Below are positions 7,325 through 15,805 of a DNA stretch of 40,000 nucleotides, one piece after another. The translations under genes and the position numbers were made by a program. Under the pieces are notes generated by a model. That model was not told the DNA's origin and did not search any database. It was given only the letters and a program-made list of their open reading frames with translations. Source of the DNA: Eubacteriales bacterium (lineage in GTDB: Bacteria > Bacillota > Clostridia > Oscillospirales > CAG-382). Location: the NCBI GenBank assembly GCA_045534025.1, contig JAZSIW010000009.1, positions 1 to 40,000 of the forward strand, written 5' to 3'. How positions within the stretch are numbered: position 1 is the first letter of the stretch; every line of letters begins with the position of its first letter.

Positions 7325-10300
7325 AGCTGCCGTCGCCCTCCTCGTAGATTTCGCTTTGAACCACGTTCATAAGAACGGGCTTAATGTGAGTGTAAAGCAA
7401 CTCAACAACGGCTTCTTCGCTCATTGACATATCAACATTTATCGCTCCGCTTCCGTTGATGTCTAAGCGGATAGTCTTCGTTCCTCCGTCTGAGTTAGCG
7501 CCGCCTGCAAGTATACGTGAAGTTTCGCCGGCGGGGTATACCTTCTCACCGCCATCAAATCGCATAAGCTCCGGTCCTTCTTCACCAACAAGGTGCCAAC
7601 CGGGCGTTGCGTAGTCAGTACCGTCTGCGTAGCCGGTGAAATTATATAACGCTCCGGCGCCTTGTCTTAAAACCTGTGCCGCGTCAAGGCTATCCACTTT
7701 ACCGTCGCCATTCACATCATACGATGCCATCTGTGCATCGGAGAGAGCACCGTTTCCTGCGTTGTATTCTAACATTAATGCACTTGCAACTTGTTGACCG
7801 ATACTTTTAGCTTCAAGAATAGCGTCCGAGCCATACAACTTCAAATTGTCAATATACGCTTGTATGGTGTCCTTCGCTGCTTGCCCAGCTTCCTCGCCAA
7901 GTTCGAGATTATCTACGCCCTCCGCTATCTTATCGTAGATATCGTCTAAGCCTTTTTCTAAATCTACTTGCATGCCCGCAACCGTGGTAGCCATAGTGTC
8001 CTTTGCGCCTTCTACGTCTTGGAATTGTTTGTTAAAATCCTCAACAAACGCTGCGGCGGCTTCTGGGCTTGCGGTAAGCGCAATCTCTTCTGCCTTTGAT
8101 ATCAAAGTATCAAGGTAGGCGGCGCTTTCTACGCTGCCGTCTGACAAGCTTAAAATGAGGTCTTTATCGAAGCCGTAGCCGAGTGCTTTTTTTAAGTTCT
8201 CGTTATACGTATTTAAATAATCGTATTGGCTTGCGAGCGCCCCTTGCATTTCCTCGATAGACATTTCCGCCTCGACAACCATTTCGTCAAACAGGCCTAT
8301 CTGTCCGTCGATGCTATCACGGGCCGATGTGTATACTTCGTCATAAGCTTTGACGAGTGATGATACCCCTTCTTCAACTGATTGGAAGGACGATGTAAAT
8401 ACAGCCTCGTAATCAATAGTGCTGTCTTCCATTTCGTCCATAGATGTGCCGTATTTTTCTTCAAAGTCGGTTACTGTCGAAGAAAGAGCATTGTACTCTT
8501 TGTCTATTGTTTTAAACGCAGTGTTTTGTGAGTCCCAAGCTTTATAAGTAGCAGTTTGTGCGTTTGCCAATTCTTCTAACTTAAAGTCATACGTGCCGGA
8601 ATAAAAGTGTGTTGTATACTCTGCGGAGGCCATATAGTCTGTCAACGCTTTGAGCGCTTCATCTTTTTCTTTGGCGAGTTCGTCTAATGTTTTTTTTGCT
8701 TCTGTGTGTAGCGGTGTTGTTATTTCGAGCTGACCTACGGCGTTTACATAATTTTTCCACCCTTCTTCAAAGGCTTTGTTGTTATATTCATCAAGTGCAA
8801 TTTTCCGCATCTCGTCAAACGTCATATTAAACCTACCCGTAAGAGAATCAAAGGTCAATCCTAACCCTTCGTATCTCTTGTTTAATTCATCGATGATAGG
8901 TATAATAAGCGCTTGATTACGAGCCGCTAAGGTGCTTTCGCTGCCTAACTCTTGGAGCTTCTCTATAAGAGCTATAGAGCTGTCTCTCTCGTTTTCCAAG
9001 CTCTCGCAAGTAGCCTCGTATTCTTCCCTCGACTTTTGTAAAGACTCGCTAAGTTCGTCTATCTCGGCCCAATGCTCCTCAAGGGTCTGCTTGTTGTTTT
9101 CGTAAGCGGCGGAAAGCTCGTCAATCTCCTCTTTTAACGCCCACGCTTCGTAAGAGGTTTCGCCATAGGTTTCGCAGACCTGCTCGTACTCGGCATTAAG
9201 ATTTTCGAGTTCGTCTGCCTGCTTTTGGGAAGTGGCGGTCAACTGTTCAGAAGCGTCGTTGGCGTCGTCAGCTGTCAAGGCAAGCGACGCCAATCCTGCA
9301 ACAACGCCCACTATAGCTGCGCCCGCGAGTAGGAAGGGGTTTGCTGCCATAGACGCGGTGAGCGCATCTGTGGCGGCTTTTGCGAGTTTTGAAACAACAA
9401 CATATCCGGTAAGGGCCGCAACGAAAACACCGACTCCTACAGCAATACCGGTTACAGCCTTAACTACGCCGGGGTGTCTATCTGCAATGCCCGTCATCCA
9501 CTCGAACATACTTGCCAAGAAGCCGTTGACCTTGTCTATGGCGGGTGCAAGGCTTTCGCCTATAGCAATCTTTAGGTTTTCGGCAGAGTTCTTCATCCGT
9601 TGTTCAGTAAAGGCGGACGTATCTGTCATTGTTTCAAACGCCTTTGCGGTGGCTCCGGCGCTGTTTTGCATATCGTCGAGGACGGCGTTGTATTTTTCGG
9701 CTCCGCTACCCATCAAGGACAATGCACCGATGCCTGCCTCTACGCTGCCCCAAAGCTCGTTAAATTTACCGGTGTTTCCGTTAACAGAGTCGCCGAGGAC
9801 TTGCAAAACATCACCAAGGGAATAGCCTTGCTCTGTAAGCTGTGCAAAGTTGTATCCGGTTTCTTCTACAAGCGTTGAAGATACTACGCTTGCGCTATCG
9901 CCCAACTCGTTAAGCATAGCTTTTAGAGAGGTTACTGTCTCCGCCGTAGCAATACCGTTTGAGGTCATTATTGCCATCGCTGTTGAGAGGTTATCCATTT
10001 CGACGCCGTATGCCGCCGCTATCGGGATAACTTTACCTACCGAGGAGGCGAGTTGGTCAACCGTGGTTTTACCGAGGTTTTGGGTTGTAACCAAATAATC
10101 GGCTATCTGCGAAGCGTTTTCGGTTTCAAGCCCGTAAGCGTTAAGTGCCGTTGTTAGCACGTCTACGGCGGTAGTTACCGATGTAAAACCGCCTACGGCC
10201 AACTCGTTTGCCTGTCCTGCAAAATCAACTGCGTTTGCCGTGTCTACGCCTGCAGACATAGCTTCGTATGCCGCGTTAGCTACGTCGCTTGCTGCTTGGC

Positions 10301-10817
10301 CCGTGTTGTTTGAAAGCGCAATAACTTGCCCCGACATTTCTTCCAGTGATAATACCGAGGTGTCGGCAAGCGTTGACATTTTTGCAACAGACGTCTCGTA
10401 TATCTGAAAAGCGTCAACGCACTCTAAGGCTGCCGCGCCAATCTCTTGCAACAGTTTAGCTACGCCTGCGGCTGCAAGTGCGTTAGCAAATTCTACCGTT
10501 TGGTCCTTTGCCTTTTTCGTTTTGTCGCCGTATTCTTTTGTTTTATCGCCCGTGTCTTCCGTTTCCTCGCCAAGACCTTCGGACGACTTTCGTGCTTTCT
10601 CCAAAGCGTCGGAATAATCGTCCAAGGAGTCAGAGGTGCCGTCAAGCACACGGGCTGTCTTTTCGGTTTCAGCGGAAGCGCCATCAAATGCTACCTTTAT
10701 GGCGCTGCCTGCCCGTTCCCATTGTTCTAAAGCAGCCTGCCCGGCACCGGAAATCTTTTCAAGACGGCTGCTCATTTCGTCAACCATCTTAAACCGTGCT
10801 GTAAGATTTGCGGCCAC
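7314..10817 (-). CDS. Tail tape measure protein
   Basis: 1167 aa. GTG start with RBS AAAGGAGG. Long Ala/Glu-rich helical sequence with a central hydrophobic stretch (VKAVTGIAVGVGVFVAALTGYVVV). C-terminal GWHLVGEEGPELMRF motif is typical of tape measure proteins. Confidence 0.9.
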   Translation of the reverse strand: MAANLTARFKMVDEMSSRLEKISGAGQAALEQWERAGSAIKVAFDGASAETEKTARVLDGTSDSLDDYSDALEKARKSSEGLGEETEDTGDKTKEYGDKTKKAKDQTVEFANALAAAGVAKLLQEIGAAALECVDAFQIYETSVAKMSTLADTSVLSLEEMSGQVIALSNNTGQAASDVANAAYEAMSAGVDTANAVDFAGQANELAVGGFTSVTTAVDVLTTALNAYGLETENASQIADYLVTTQNLGKTTVDQLASSVGKVIPIAAAYGVEMDNLSTAMAIMTSNGIATAETVTSLKAMLNELGDSASVVSSTLVEETGYNFAQLTEQGYSLGDVLQVLGDSVNGNTGKFNELWGSVEAGIGALSLMGSGAEKYNAVLDDMQNSAGATAKAFETMTDTSAFTEQRMKNSAENLKIAIGESLAPAIDKVNGFLASMFEWMTGIADRHPGVVKAVTGIAVGVGVFVAALTGYVVVSKLAKAATDALTASMAANPFLLAGAAIVGVVAGLASLALTADDANDASEQLTATSQKQADELENLNAEYEQVCETYGETSYEAWALKEEIDELSAAYENNKQTLEEHWAEIDELSESLQKSREEYEATCESLENERDSSIALIEKLQELGSESTLAARNQALIIPIIDELNKRYEGLGLTFDSLTGRFNMTFDEMRKIALDEYNNKAFEEGWKNYVNAVGQLEITTPLHTEAKKTLDELAKEKDEALKALTDYMASAEYTTHFYSGTYDFKLEELANAQTATYKAWDSQNTAFKTIDKEYNALSSTVTDFEEKYGTSMDEMEDSTIDYEAVFTSSFQSVEEGVSSLVKAYDEVYTSARDSIDGQIGLFDEMVVEAEMSIEEMQGALASQYDYLNTYNENLKKALGYGFDKDLILSLSDGSVESAAYLDTLISKAEEIALTASPEAAAAFVEDFNKQFQDVEGAKDTMATTVAGMQVDLEKGLDDIYDKIAEGVDNLELGEEAGQAAKDTIQAYIDNLKLYGSDAILEAKSIGQQVASALMLEYNAGNGALSDAQMASYDVNGDGKVDSLDAAQVLRQGAGALYNFTGYADGTDYATPGWHLVGEEGPELMRFDGGEKVYPAGETSRILAGGANSDGGTKTIRLDINGSGAINVDMSMSEEAVVELLYTHIKPVLMNVVQSEIYEEGDGSYEY

Positions 10818-10853
10818 GCCTGCCCGCCTCCTTTCTTTATCGTATCAATTCCG

Positions 10854-11470
10854 CTATTGTTTCTCGGTCCACTTTAATTCTGAGGCTATATACCACGCTT
10901 TCTTTTGAGGTGGCATTGCCTCAAAATCTTCCGGGCGCAGATTATGTTTCTGCCATAAAACGTGCGCCCAAAAGGACTCCGAACCAACAACGGATATTAG
11001 TTTTTTGCGTCGTCAATGTCAGAGGTTTCTTCGCCTTCTTCTCCGGGGAATGTGCCAAGACCAAGCGCCGCAAATACAAGGCGGTTAACGTGCGCATATT
11101 CTTCAGGCTTAGGGAATACCAAATTAGGCATTTCGGTGATATCTACGCATTTGTAGTACTCCATCAAAGCAGGGTCTTTGAGGTCGGGGTATTTAAGCGC
11201 CTCAACGATGATGTGGCGTGTCGCTCTTGCGTTGTCCTTTTCTACCTTCCAAAGCACTTCACCGTTAGCGAAAAGGGGGTTGCCCTTCTTGTCGGTAGCG
11301 ATAGAGCGTTTGCGGTAATAGCTGTTAATCTTTTCAATAGTGGCGTTATCAAGCACGCGTATTTCAAAGTCTATAACGTTACCGTTTTCGTCAACAAAGG
11401 AAGCGGGACCGGGCGCGGTTATAACTTCCTCCTTGTTTTCTCGCATAAAATACTTAAGGTCCTTTTTCAT
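10854..11470 (-). CDS. Tail assembly chaperone, predicted -1 frameshift fusion product (G/GT-like)
   Basis: The -1 frame is open from the slippery site to a TAG at 10854-10856. It reads KKLISVVGSESFWAHVLWQKHNLRPEDFEAMPPQKKAWYIASELKWTEKQ* and has no start codon or RBS of its own. Confidence 0.6.
10997..11470 (-). CDS. Tail assembly chaperone (XkdN-like), zero-frame product
   Basis: 157 aa located between the tube and tape measure genes. RBS AAGGAG. Ends ...DIDDAKN* on the slippery run GCA AAA AAC TAA. Confidence 0.75.
   Translation of the reverse strand: MKKDLKYFMRENKEEVITAPGPASFVDENGNVIDFEIRVLDNATIEKINSYYRKRSIATDKKGNPLFANGEVLWKVEKDNARATRHIIVEALKYPDLKDPALMEYYKCVDITEMPNLVFPKPEEYAHVNRLVFAALGLGTFPGEEGEETSDIDDAKN
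11000..11006 (-). promoter_or_regulatory. Slippery heptamer A AAA AAC for -1 programmed ribosomal frameshifting
   Basis: X XXY YYZ heptamer in the correct phase, immediately 5' of the zero-frame stop codon. Confidence 0.6.
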
Positions 11471-11495
11471 ATAAAAATCTCCTTATCATCAAGTG

Positions 11496-11531
11496 AAAAG
11501 CCCCTTTGCTGTCTTAAACAAAGGGGCTTTT
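11496..11531 (-). terminator. Intrinsic terminator-like hairpin between the tube and chaperone genes
   Basis: Perfect 11-bp stem AAGCCCCTTTG / CAAAGGGGCTT with a 10-nt loop, flanked by A and T runs. On the minus strand it is followed by CTTTTCAC. Confidence 0.6.
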
Positions 11532-11537
11532 ATTGTA

Positions 11538-11972
11538 TTAAAAAATTACGTCTTTTGCGTTGAAGCCGATGGCGTCGTCAAGAACATCGCCGCCGCTATC
11601 AAGGTTTATGAGAGAGAAGTCGCCGGTGAGGACACAGCCAACGGCGGTGCAGGTGATGTTTTTGCCCGTCTCTCTGTAGTAATCGGAGCCTGTGTCGTCC
11701 ATAATGCCCTGTATGGTAAGTTCGGGGGTTTGTCCGGTCCTCTGATACTCTTTGATAACGTCTTCGAGGAAAGGAGTGCTACGACGGCGTGTGATGGTGC
11801 CTTTTACGGAATAGCCAAGCCATCTGCTACTTGAAGACCTATCGCCAAGCTGTCTGCCTTCCCAAACATCGGGGGTGTACTTAATTTCGGCTTTTACGCC
11901 GTCAAGACACTCCACGCCATTGATGAACACCTTACCCTCGCGGATAGATATAGGGGCTCTGTTATGTTCCAT
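11538..11972 (-). CDS. Tail tube protein (XkdM-like)
   Basis: 144 aa directly after the sheath gene. RBS AAGGAGGTG. Confidence 0.8.
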   Translation of the reverse strand: MEHNRAPISIREGKVFINGVECLDGVKAEIKYTPDVWEGRQLGDRSSSSRWLGYSVKGTITRRRSTPFLEDVIKEYQRTGQTPELTIQGIMDDTGSDYYRETGKNITCTAVGCVLTGDFSLINLDSGGDVLDDAIGFNAKDVIF

Positions 11973-11985
11973 GCTTTACACCTCC

Positions 11986-13320
11986 TTATCGTGTTGCGAT
12001 GCTGAAATAAAGCTTCTCGGCGCTGTCTACAGGCTTGATGCCTACGTTAAAGTAAGTCTTATCGCCTGCGGAATTTGCGCGGTCAACTGCAAAATCAGCT
12101 TCATAATCAACATCGGTTATCGCGCCTGCTTCGTAAAACTCTTTAAGAATAGCGCGACCCATTCCTTCCATAACGTCCCAACCTGTAGCGGAGTTGGAGT
12201 ACTTGTTGGGAGGGAACTCCGCCTTAATGCGGTCTTTGAACGCGTTAAACACACGTGCTACTCTGTTTTTGCGATAGCTTTCGTCTTTGCCGTTTGTGAA
12301 AGAAACAAGGCTGTTGATGTCGTATTCTACAACAACGGCGCCTGCTTCGTTGAGGGTGAAGAAAATTTCGCCGGAGTTGATAGCGTTAACCGCTTGTTCG
12401 TGGGTCTTTGCGCCAACGATACCCGTAGCGCCTTCATAAACTCTGTAGGTGTTGGACTCTACATAAGAAGCGCCTGCGGTAGCGCCTGCCACCCACGCCG
12501 TTGCTTGAGCGTTGGTAAGCTCTTTGCCGTCAACAACAACGGAGTTGGTAACATTGATGATGTACTCGTAGTCGACGCCGGCGGTGTCTGCGATAACGCC
12601 AAACACGTTCTTGCCAACGCTTTCCTGCAAGTACTTAATCTTGGATATAGCTGCCGCTACAAGCGCTTCATTGGTAGAAGGGAAGCACAACGCATTAAAC
12701 TGTACGCCTTCAATAGCGTCAAGGAACGCAGTAACGTCTGCGTTTGAGGTTTTTACATCTGCGCCTTCTGCAAGAGCTACGCTTGCTATAGCCGCCAAGT
12801 CGCCTTCCTTGGTGAATGTTACATAAGGGTCAGATATAGCCGCCGCTCCATCTGCGGTCTTAACACCCTCATAGTAGCTTGCTTTTCTGCCGTCGAAGAA
12901 AACAGCTATGTCAAATCCGCCTACGGGGTTTGCGGTAACGCTGTAAGAAAGCTTGTTGCCGCGAGAGCCGGGATATTTAGCCGTTGCGCTAATACCACCG
13001 CCGTTGTTAGTCGCTTTTGTGGTGTTTTCACTCGCATTATAAACAACAACGGTCTGAGCGCACTTCAATGCCTCTCGTATAAGAAGCATATTGGCGTTAT
13101 CGTCGTAAACGCTGTAGCCGAGCTTTTCAAACTGCGCGTCGGGGTTTGAGTTTGTAATCGCTACAAACTCCTTTGTAGGGCCGTAGTCGTGGTCTATTAA
13201 AGGCAATACAACTACGCCGTTAGTGCCTGTACCGGCGCCTGCAAGAACGGTGCTATCCAAATTGATATAGGTACCGGGTCTTACTTTGCCTACAAGCTTG
13301 TCAAATCTTCCGCCTGCCAT
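11986..13320 (-). CDS. Tail sheath protein (XkdK-like)
   Basis: 444 aa. N-terminus MAGGRFDKLVGKVRPGTYINLDS is typical of phage tail sheath proteins. RBS AAAGGAGG. Confidence 0.9.
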   Translation of the reverse strand: MAGGRFDKLVGKVRPGTYINLDSTVLAGAGTGTNGVVVLPLIDHDYGPTKEFVAITNSNPDAQFEKLGYSVYDDNANMLLIREALKCAQTVVVYNASENTTKATNNGGGISATAKYPGSRGNKLSYSVTANPVGGFDIAVFFDGRKASYYEGVKTADGAAAISDPYVTFTKEGDLAAIASVALAEGADVKTSNADVTAFLDAIEGVQFNALCFPSTNEALVAAAISKIKYLQESVGKNVFGVIADTAGVDYEYIINVTNSVVVDGKELTNAQATAWVAGATAGASYVESNTYRVYEGATGIVGAKTHEQAVNAINSGEIFFTLNEAGAVVVEYDINSLVSFTNGKDESYRKNRVARVFNAFKDRIKAEFPPNKYSNSATGWDVMEGMGRAILKEFYEAGAITDVDYEADFAVDRANSAGDKTYFNVGIKPVDSAEKLYFSIATR

Positions 13321-13553
13321 TAGTTTTTAGCCTCCTTTAAGTTTTTTGCTATGCCTCTTTTCCATTTTTCAATGGCAATTTTGGCTTCCTCAACGGTGTA
13401 TTCGCCCTTGAGGTTAAAAGTAGCTCCGTCGAAAGTGCTTGATGTAACCCCAAAGAGCTTCAAGCAATTTTCGCGGAGCTTTGCAAGAGGGTATTTAGTG
13501 GGTGTTGCAATTTCCGCAACAGCCACTTCTTCCACCCTTTCCTTTTTTGCCAT
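13320..13553 (-). CDS. Hypothetical small protein preceding the sheath gene
   Basis: 77-aa ORF with RBS AAGGAGGTTACC. Its stop overlaps the sheath start. Confidence 0.55.
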   Translation of the reverse strand: MAKKERVEEVAVAEIATPTKYPLAKLRENCLKLFGVTSSTFDGATFNLKGEYTVEEAKIAIEKWKRGIAKNLKEAKN

Positions 13554-13565
13554 AAGGTAACCTCC

Positions 13566-14090
13566 TTATTCTTCGTGGAGTTCAGCAAGGCGCCGTATCT
13601 CCTCTAAGGTTTTATCGCTTACTACCCTTTCGAGATAAACGTCTGCTTTGTTCCACATATTTAAGCTATATCTCTGCGATGCGGTATAATCCTGTGTGTA
13701 ATATGGCCTGCGGCTGTCCCACTCTAACGCGAGTTGGTATGCACCGCTGTCGAGCTTCTTAATAGCCGGGTCTGCCAAACGCAGGGAGTCGCCCGTGGCG
13801 CCCCCTTTGGTGTCTATAAGAGGTACACAATTTCTTTTTTCCTTCAAGGCTATAAGAGCCTTAAACGCTAAGTCATATGCTGCCTCTGTTGTTTTGTGGA
13901 AAAACTTAATAAACCACTTGTATCTCAAGCGGTATGTAGAAAATGTTTCGCCGTCGCTGTCTATCTCCGGCGAAGGGAAATAAACAGACGGTACAACAAA
14001 ATCCTCTTTGACCTCATTATAGTACGGGGCGGGGTTGCCCGTGGCGTCGAGAGTGAATTTTATTATGCTTGCGATCTCTTGTTCAAGCAT
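13566..14090 (-). CDS. Tail completion / tail terminator-like protein
   Basis: 174 aa. Assignment is positional, between the HK97 gp10-like gene and the sheath gene. Confidence 0.5.
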   Translation of the reverse strand: MLEQEIASIIKFTLDATGNPAPYYNEVKEDFVVPSVYFPSPEIDSDGETFSTYRLRYKWFIKFFHKTTEAAYDLAFKALIALKEKRNCVPLIDTKGGATGDSLRLADPAIKKLDSGAYQLALEWDSRRPYYTQDYTASQRYSLNMWNKADVYLERVVSDKTLEEIRRLAELHEE

Positions 14091-14106
14091 AGCGTCACCT
14101 CATTTC

Positions 14107-14619
14107 TCAGCTAAAGTATTTGTCAAACCACTCTTGTAGCTTGCGGTCAGCTAATTCGGGGAGCATCTTTTCCAAAATGCGGAGCGCAGAGTCGAAATAG
14201 TGTCTGCCCTCCACCCATTTCTGTTTAAGCACCATGCCGCCTTCCGCCGACCGGTCGTAGATAAATCGGTCGCCTTCCCAATATCCGGGAACAAAGCGAA
14301 TTTCTACGCCCTTTGGGTTAGTCCAATGGCCGTCGTTTACATAGCCGGCATAGTTAACCGAGCTGCCTACCTCAAGGGCAAGCCCGCCCTCCGATATCTC
14401 CCATACGTTGCCGTTTGCGCTTTTATGAAAGCTGGCAAGCAACAAGCGCGTATCAACCGCCTTTAGCCGTATAATTTCATCTTGAACGATGCGTAGAAAC
14501 TCAACACCTATCCCCTCCAAGAATAGCTCTAACTCCCTGCGTAGCCCCCCTTTTGAAGCCGCTTCCACACGTTCAAAAAACTGTCGCATTTCTGTTAGGT
14601 CTATCTCTATACCACTCAT
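14107..14619 (-). CDS. HK97 gp10-family head-tail joining protein
   Basis: 170 aa. N-terminal IEIDLTEMRQFFERVEAASKGGLRRELELFLEGIG pattern is typical of the gp10 family. Confidence 0.65.
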   Translation of the reverse strand: MSGIEIDLTEMRQFFERVEAASKGGLRRELELFLEGIGVEFLRIVQDEIIRLKAVDTRLLLASFHKSANGNVWEISEGGLALEVGSSVNYAGYVNDGHWTNPKGVEIRFVPGYWEGDRFIYDRSAEGGMVLKQKWVEGRHYFDSALRILEKMLPELADRKLQEWFDKYFS

Positions 14620-14987
14620 AACGGTTTTTGCCCTCCTATGCGCTCAATAAAAGCCGCAATGTGATGCCCTCGTATGTTCCGGGGCGGTGCCACTACGGTG
14701 TACTCTAAACCCGTTTCGCAGTTCACAACCTTATCGTGCAACCGTATATCCGTTCCCGCTTTAAGGTTGAGCTTCGTGCGCTCCGAAAATACGTTTTGAG
14801 GCTCTGTTTGCACCATAGAGGTGGAATTGCCCGCCTTTATGTTGAAATGGCATTTTACGGCCTTTTCTGCCGCTTCTGAGGGGTGTTCGTGGAAGGGGGA
14901 GGAGGGCAAGTTGTAGCCGGGGTTGTTTTCTTCCGTTACAAGGTGATAAATATCGCACTTATGGTCGAACAATTCCTCGATACTCAT
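14616..14987 (-). CDS. Head closure / head-tail adaptor protein
   Basis: 123 aa. ATGA-type overlap with the next gene. Position after the gp6-like connector. Confidence 0.55.
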   Translation of the reverse strand: MSIEELFDHKCDIYHLVTEENNPGYNLPSSPFHEHPSEAAEKAVKCHFNIKAGNSTSMVQTEPQNVFSERTKLNLKAGTDIRLHDKVVNCETGLEYTVVAPPRNIRGHHIAAFIERIGGQKPL

Positions 14988-15000
14988 AGCCCTGCCCTCC

Positions 15001-15387
15001 TTATAGTTTACGCATACGCATAATGGTGTTGTTGGTAGACTTTGCTACCGAATATGCCTCAAGCAATGGGGCGAGGTCAAGGGAGTCGATATCAATCGCC
15101 TCGCTGTCCGCCGCCGTGTACGAATAGTCGTCAAAGGTTTCTGACTTTTTCTCACGCTTCGTTAAAGCGGTGTTGTAAGCATACGCCTCTGCTATCAGTA
15201 TAACAGCGGTCTTGACGGAGGCCGGTATCTCCTCGTATTCCTTGAATGTGTTGTTGGTATATGACGTAACATATTGTTCCGCCCTTGCTATATCAACTGA
15301 AAGCTTGAGTATGTCTCGCTCGGCAACGGAGGGATACTCGGTGTAAGCCTTTACCTCTGCCGGTGACACCCAAGGTCTTTGCGCCAT
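15001..15387 (-). CDS. gp6-like head-tail connector protein
   Basis: 128 aa. AEVKAYTEY....ERDILKLSVDIARAEQYVTSYTNNTF resembles the gp6-like connector family. Confidence 0.65.
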   Translation of the reverse strand: MAQRPWVSPAEVKAYTEYPSVAERDILKLSVDIARAEQYVTSYTNNTFKEYEEIPASVKTAVILIAEAYAYNTALTKREKKSETFDDYSYTAADSEAIDIDSLDLAPLLEAYSVAKSTNNTIMRMRKL

Positions 15388-15411
15388 TATATCGCCTCCT
15401 TCAAGGTGCTG

Positions 15412-15777
15412 TTATTCGCCGTGCTCTGCCTCGTCGTCGTCCGTACCGTCGTCGTCCGTACCGTCGTCTAACTCCGTAGCGTCGTCTAACTCCGTAGCGT
15501 CCGCTATAGCCTCTATGATATCAGCCCTCTTAGTTTTGCCTAAGAGCGATATACCGTGTTCAGAGGCATACGCTTTGAGCTTAGGCACAGACATCTTGCT
15601 AAAATCATCCGCAGCGTTTTCCTCTGCGTCGTTGTCGGCTTCTACAAGCACAAAATAGCCCGTACTAACAAGATACTCAGCCTTGGCTTTATCTTCCACC
15701 TCTACAAATGGAGCTTTCTTTGTGGCCTTAACAGACCCGTTGTACGACATACCTTTGACAAGTTTTAATCGTTGCAT
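15412..15777 (-). CDS. Head-associated protein with Rho-N/HeH (SAP-like) motif and acidic repeat tail
   Basis: 121 aa. SVPKLKAYASEHGISLLGKTKRADIIEAI resembles the Rho N-terminal/HeH motif. The C-terminus reads ATELDDATELDDGTDDDGTDDDEAE. Confidence 0.6.
   Translation of the reverse strand: MQRLKLVKGMSYNGSVKATKKAPFVEVEDKAKAEYLVSTGYFVLVEADNDAEENAADDFSKMSVPKLKAYASEHGISLLGKTKRADIIEAIADATELDDATELDDGTDDDGTDDDEAEHGE
15433..15498 (-). repeat. Two perfect tandem duplications (15 bp x2, 18 bp x2) in the acidic tail coding region
   Basis: gtcgtcgtccgtacc occurs at 15433-15447 and 15448-15462. gtcgtctaactccgtagc occurs at 15463-15480 and 15481-15498. Confidence 0.9.
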
Positions 15778-15805
15778 AATTGCACCTCCTTTAATGGTTT
15801 AATGT

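Noticed and set aside
10808-12747. Plus-strand ORFs of 251 aa (10808-11563) and 290 aa (11875-12747)
   Set aside because: They lie antisense to the chaperone, tube and sheath genes. They have no RBS, implausible composition, and cross real gene boundaries and the intergenic terminator.
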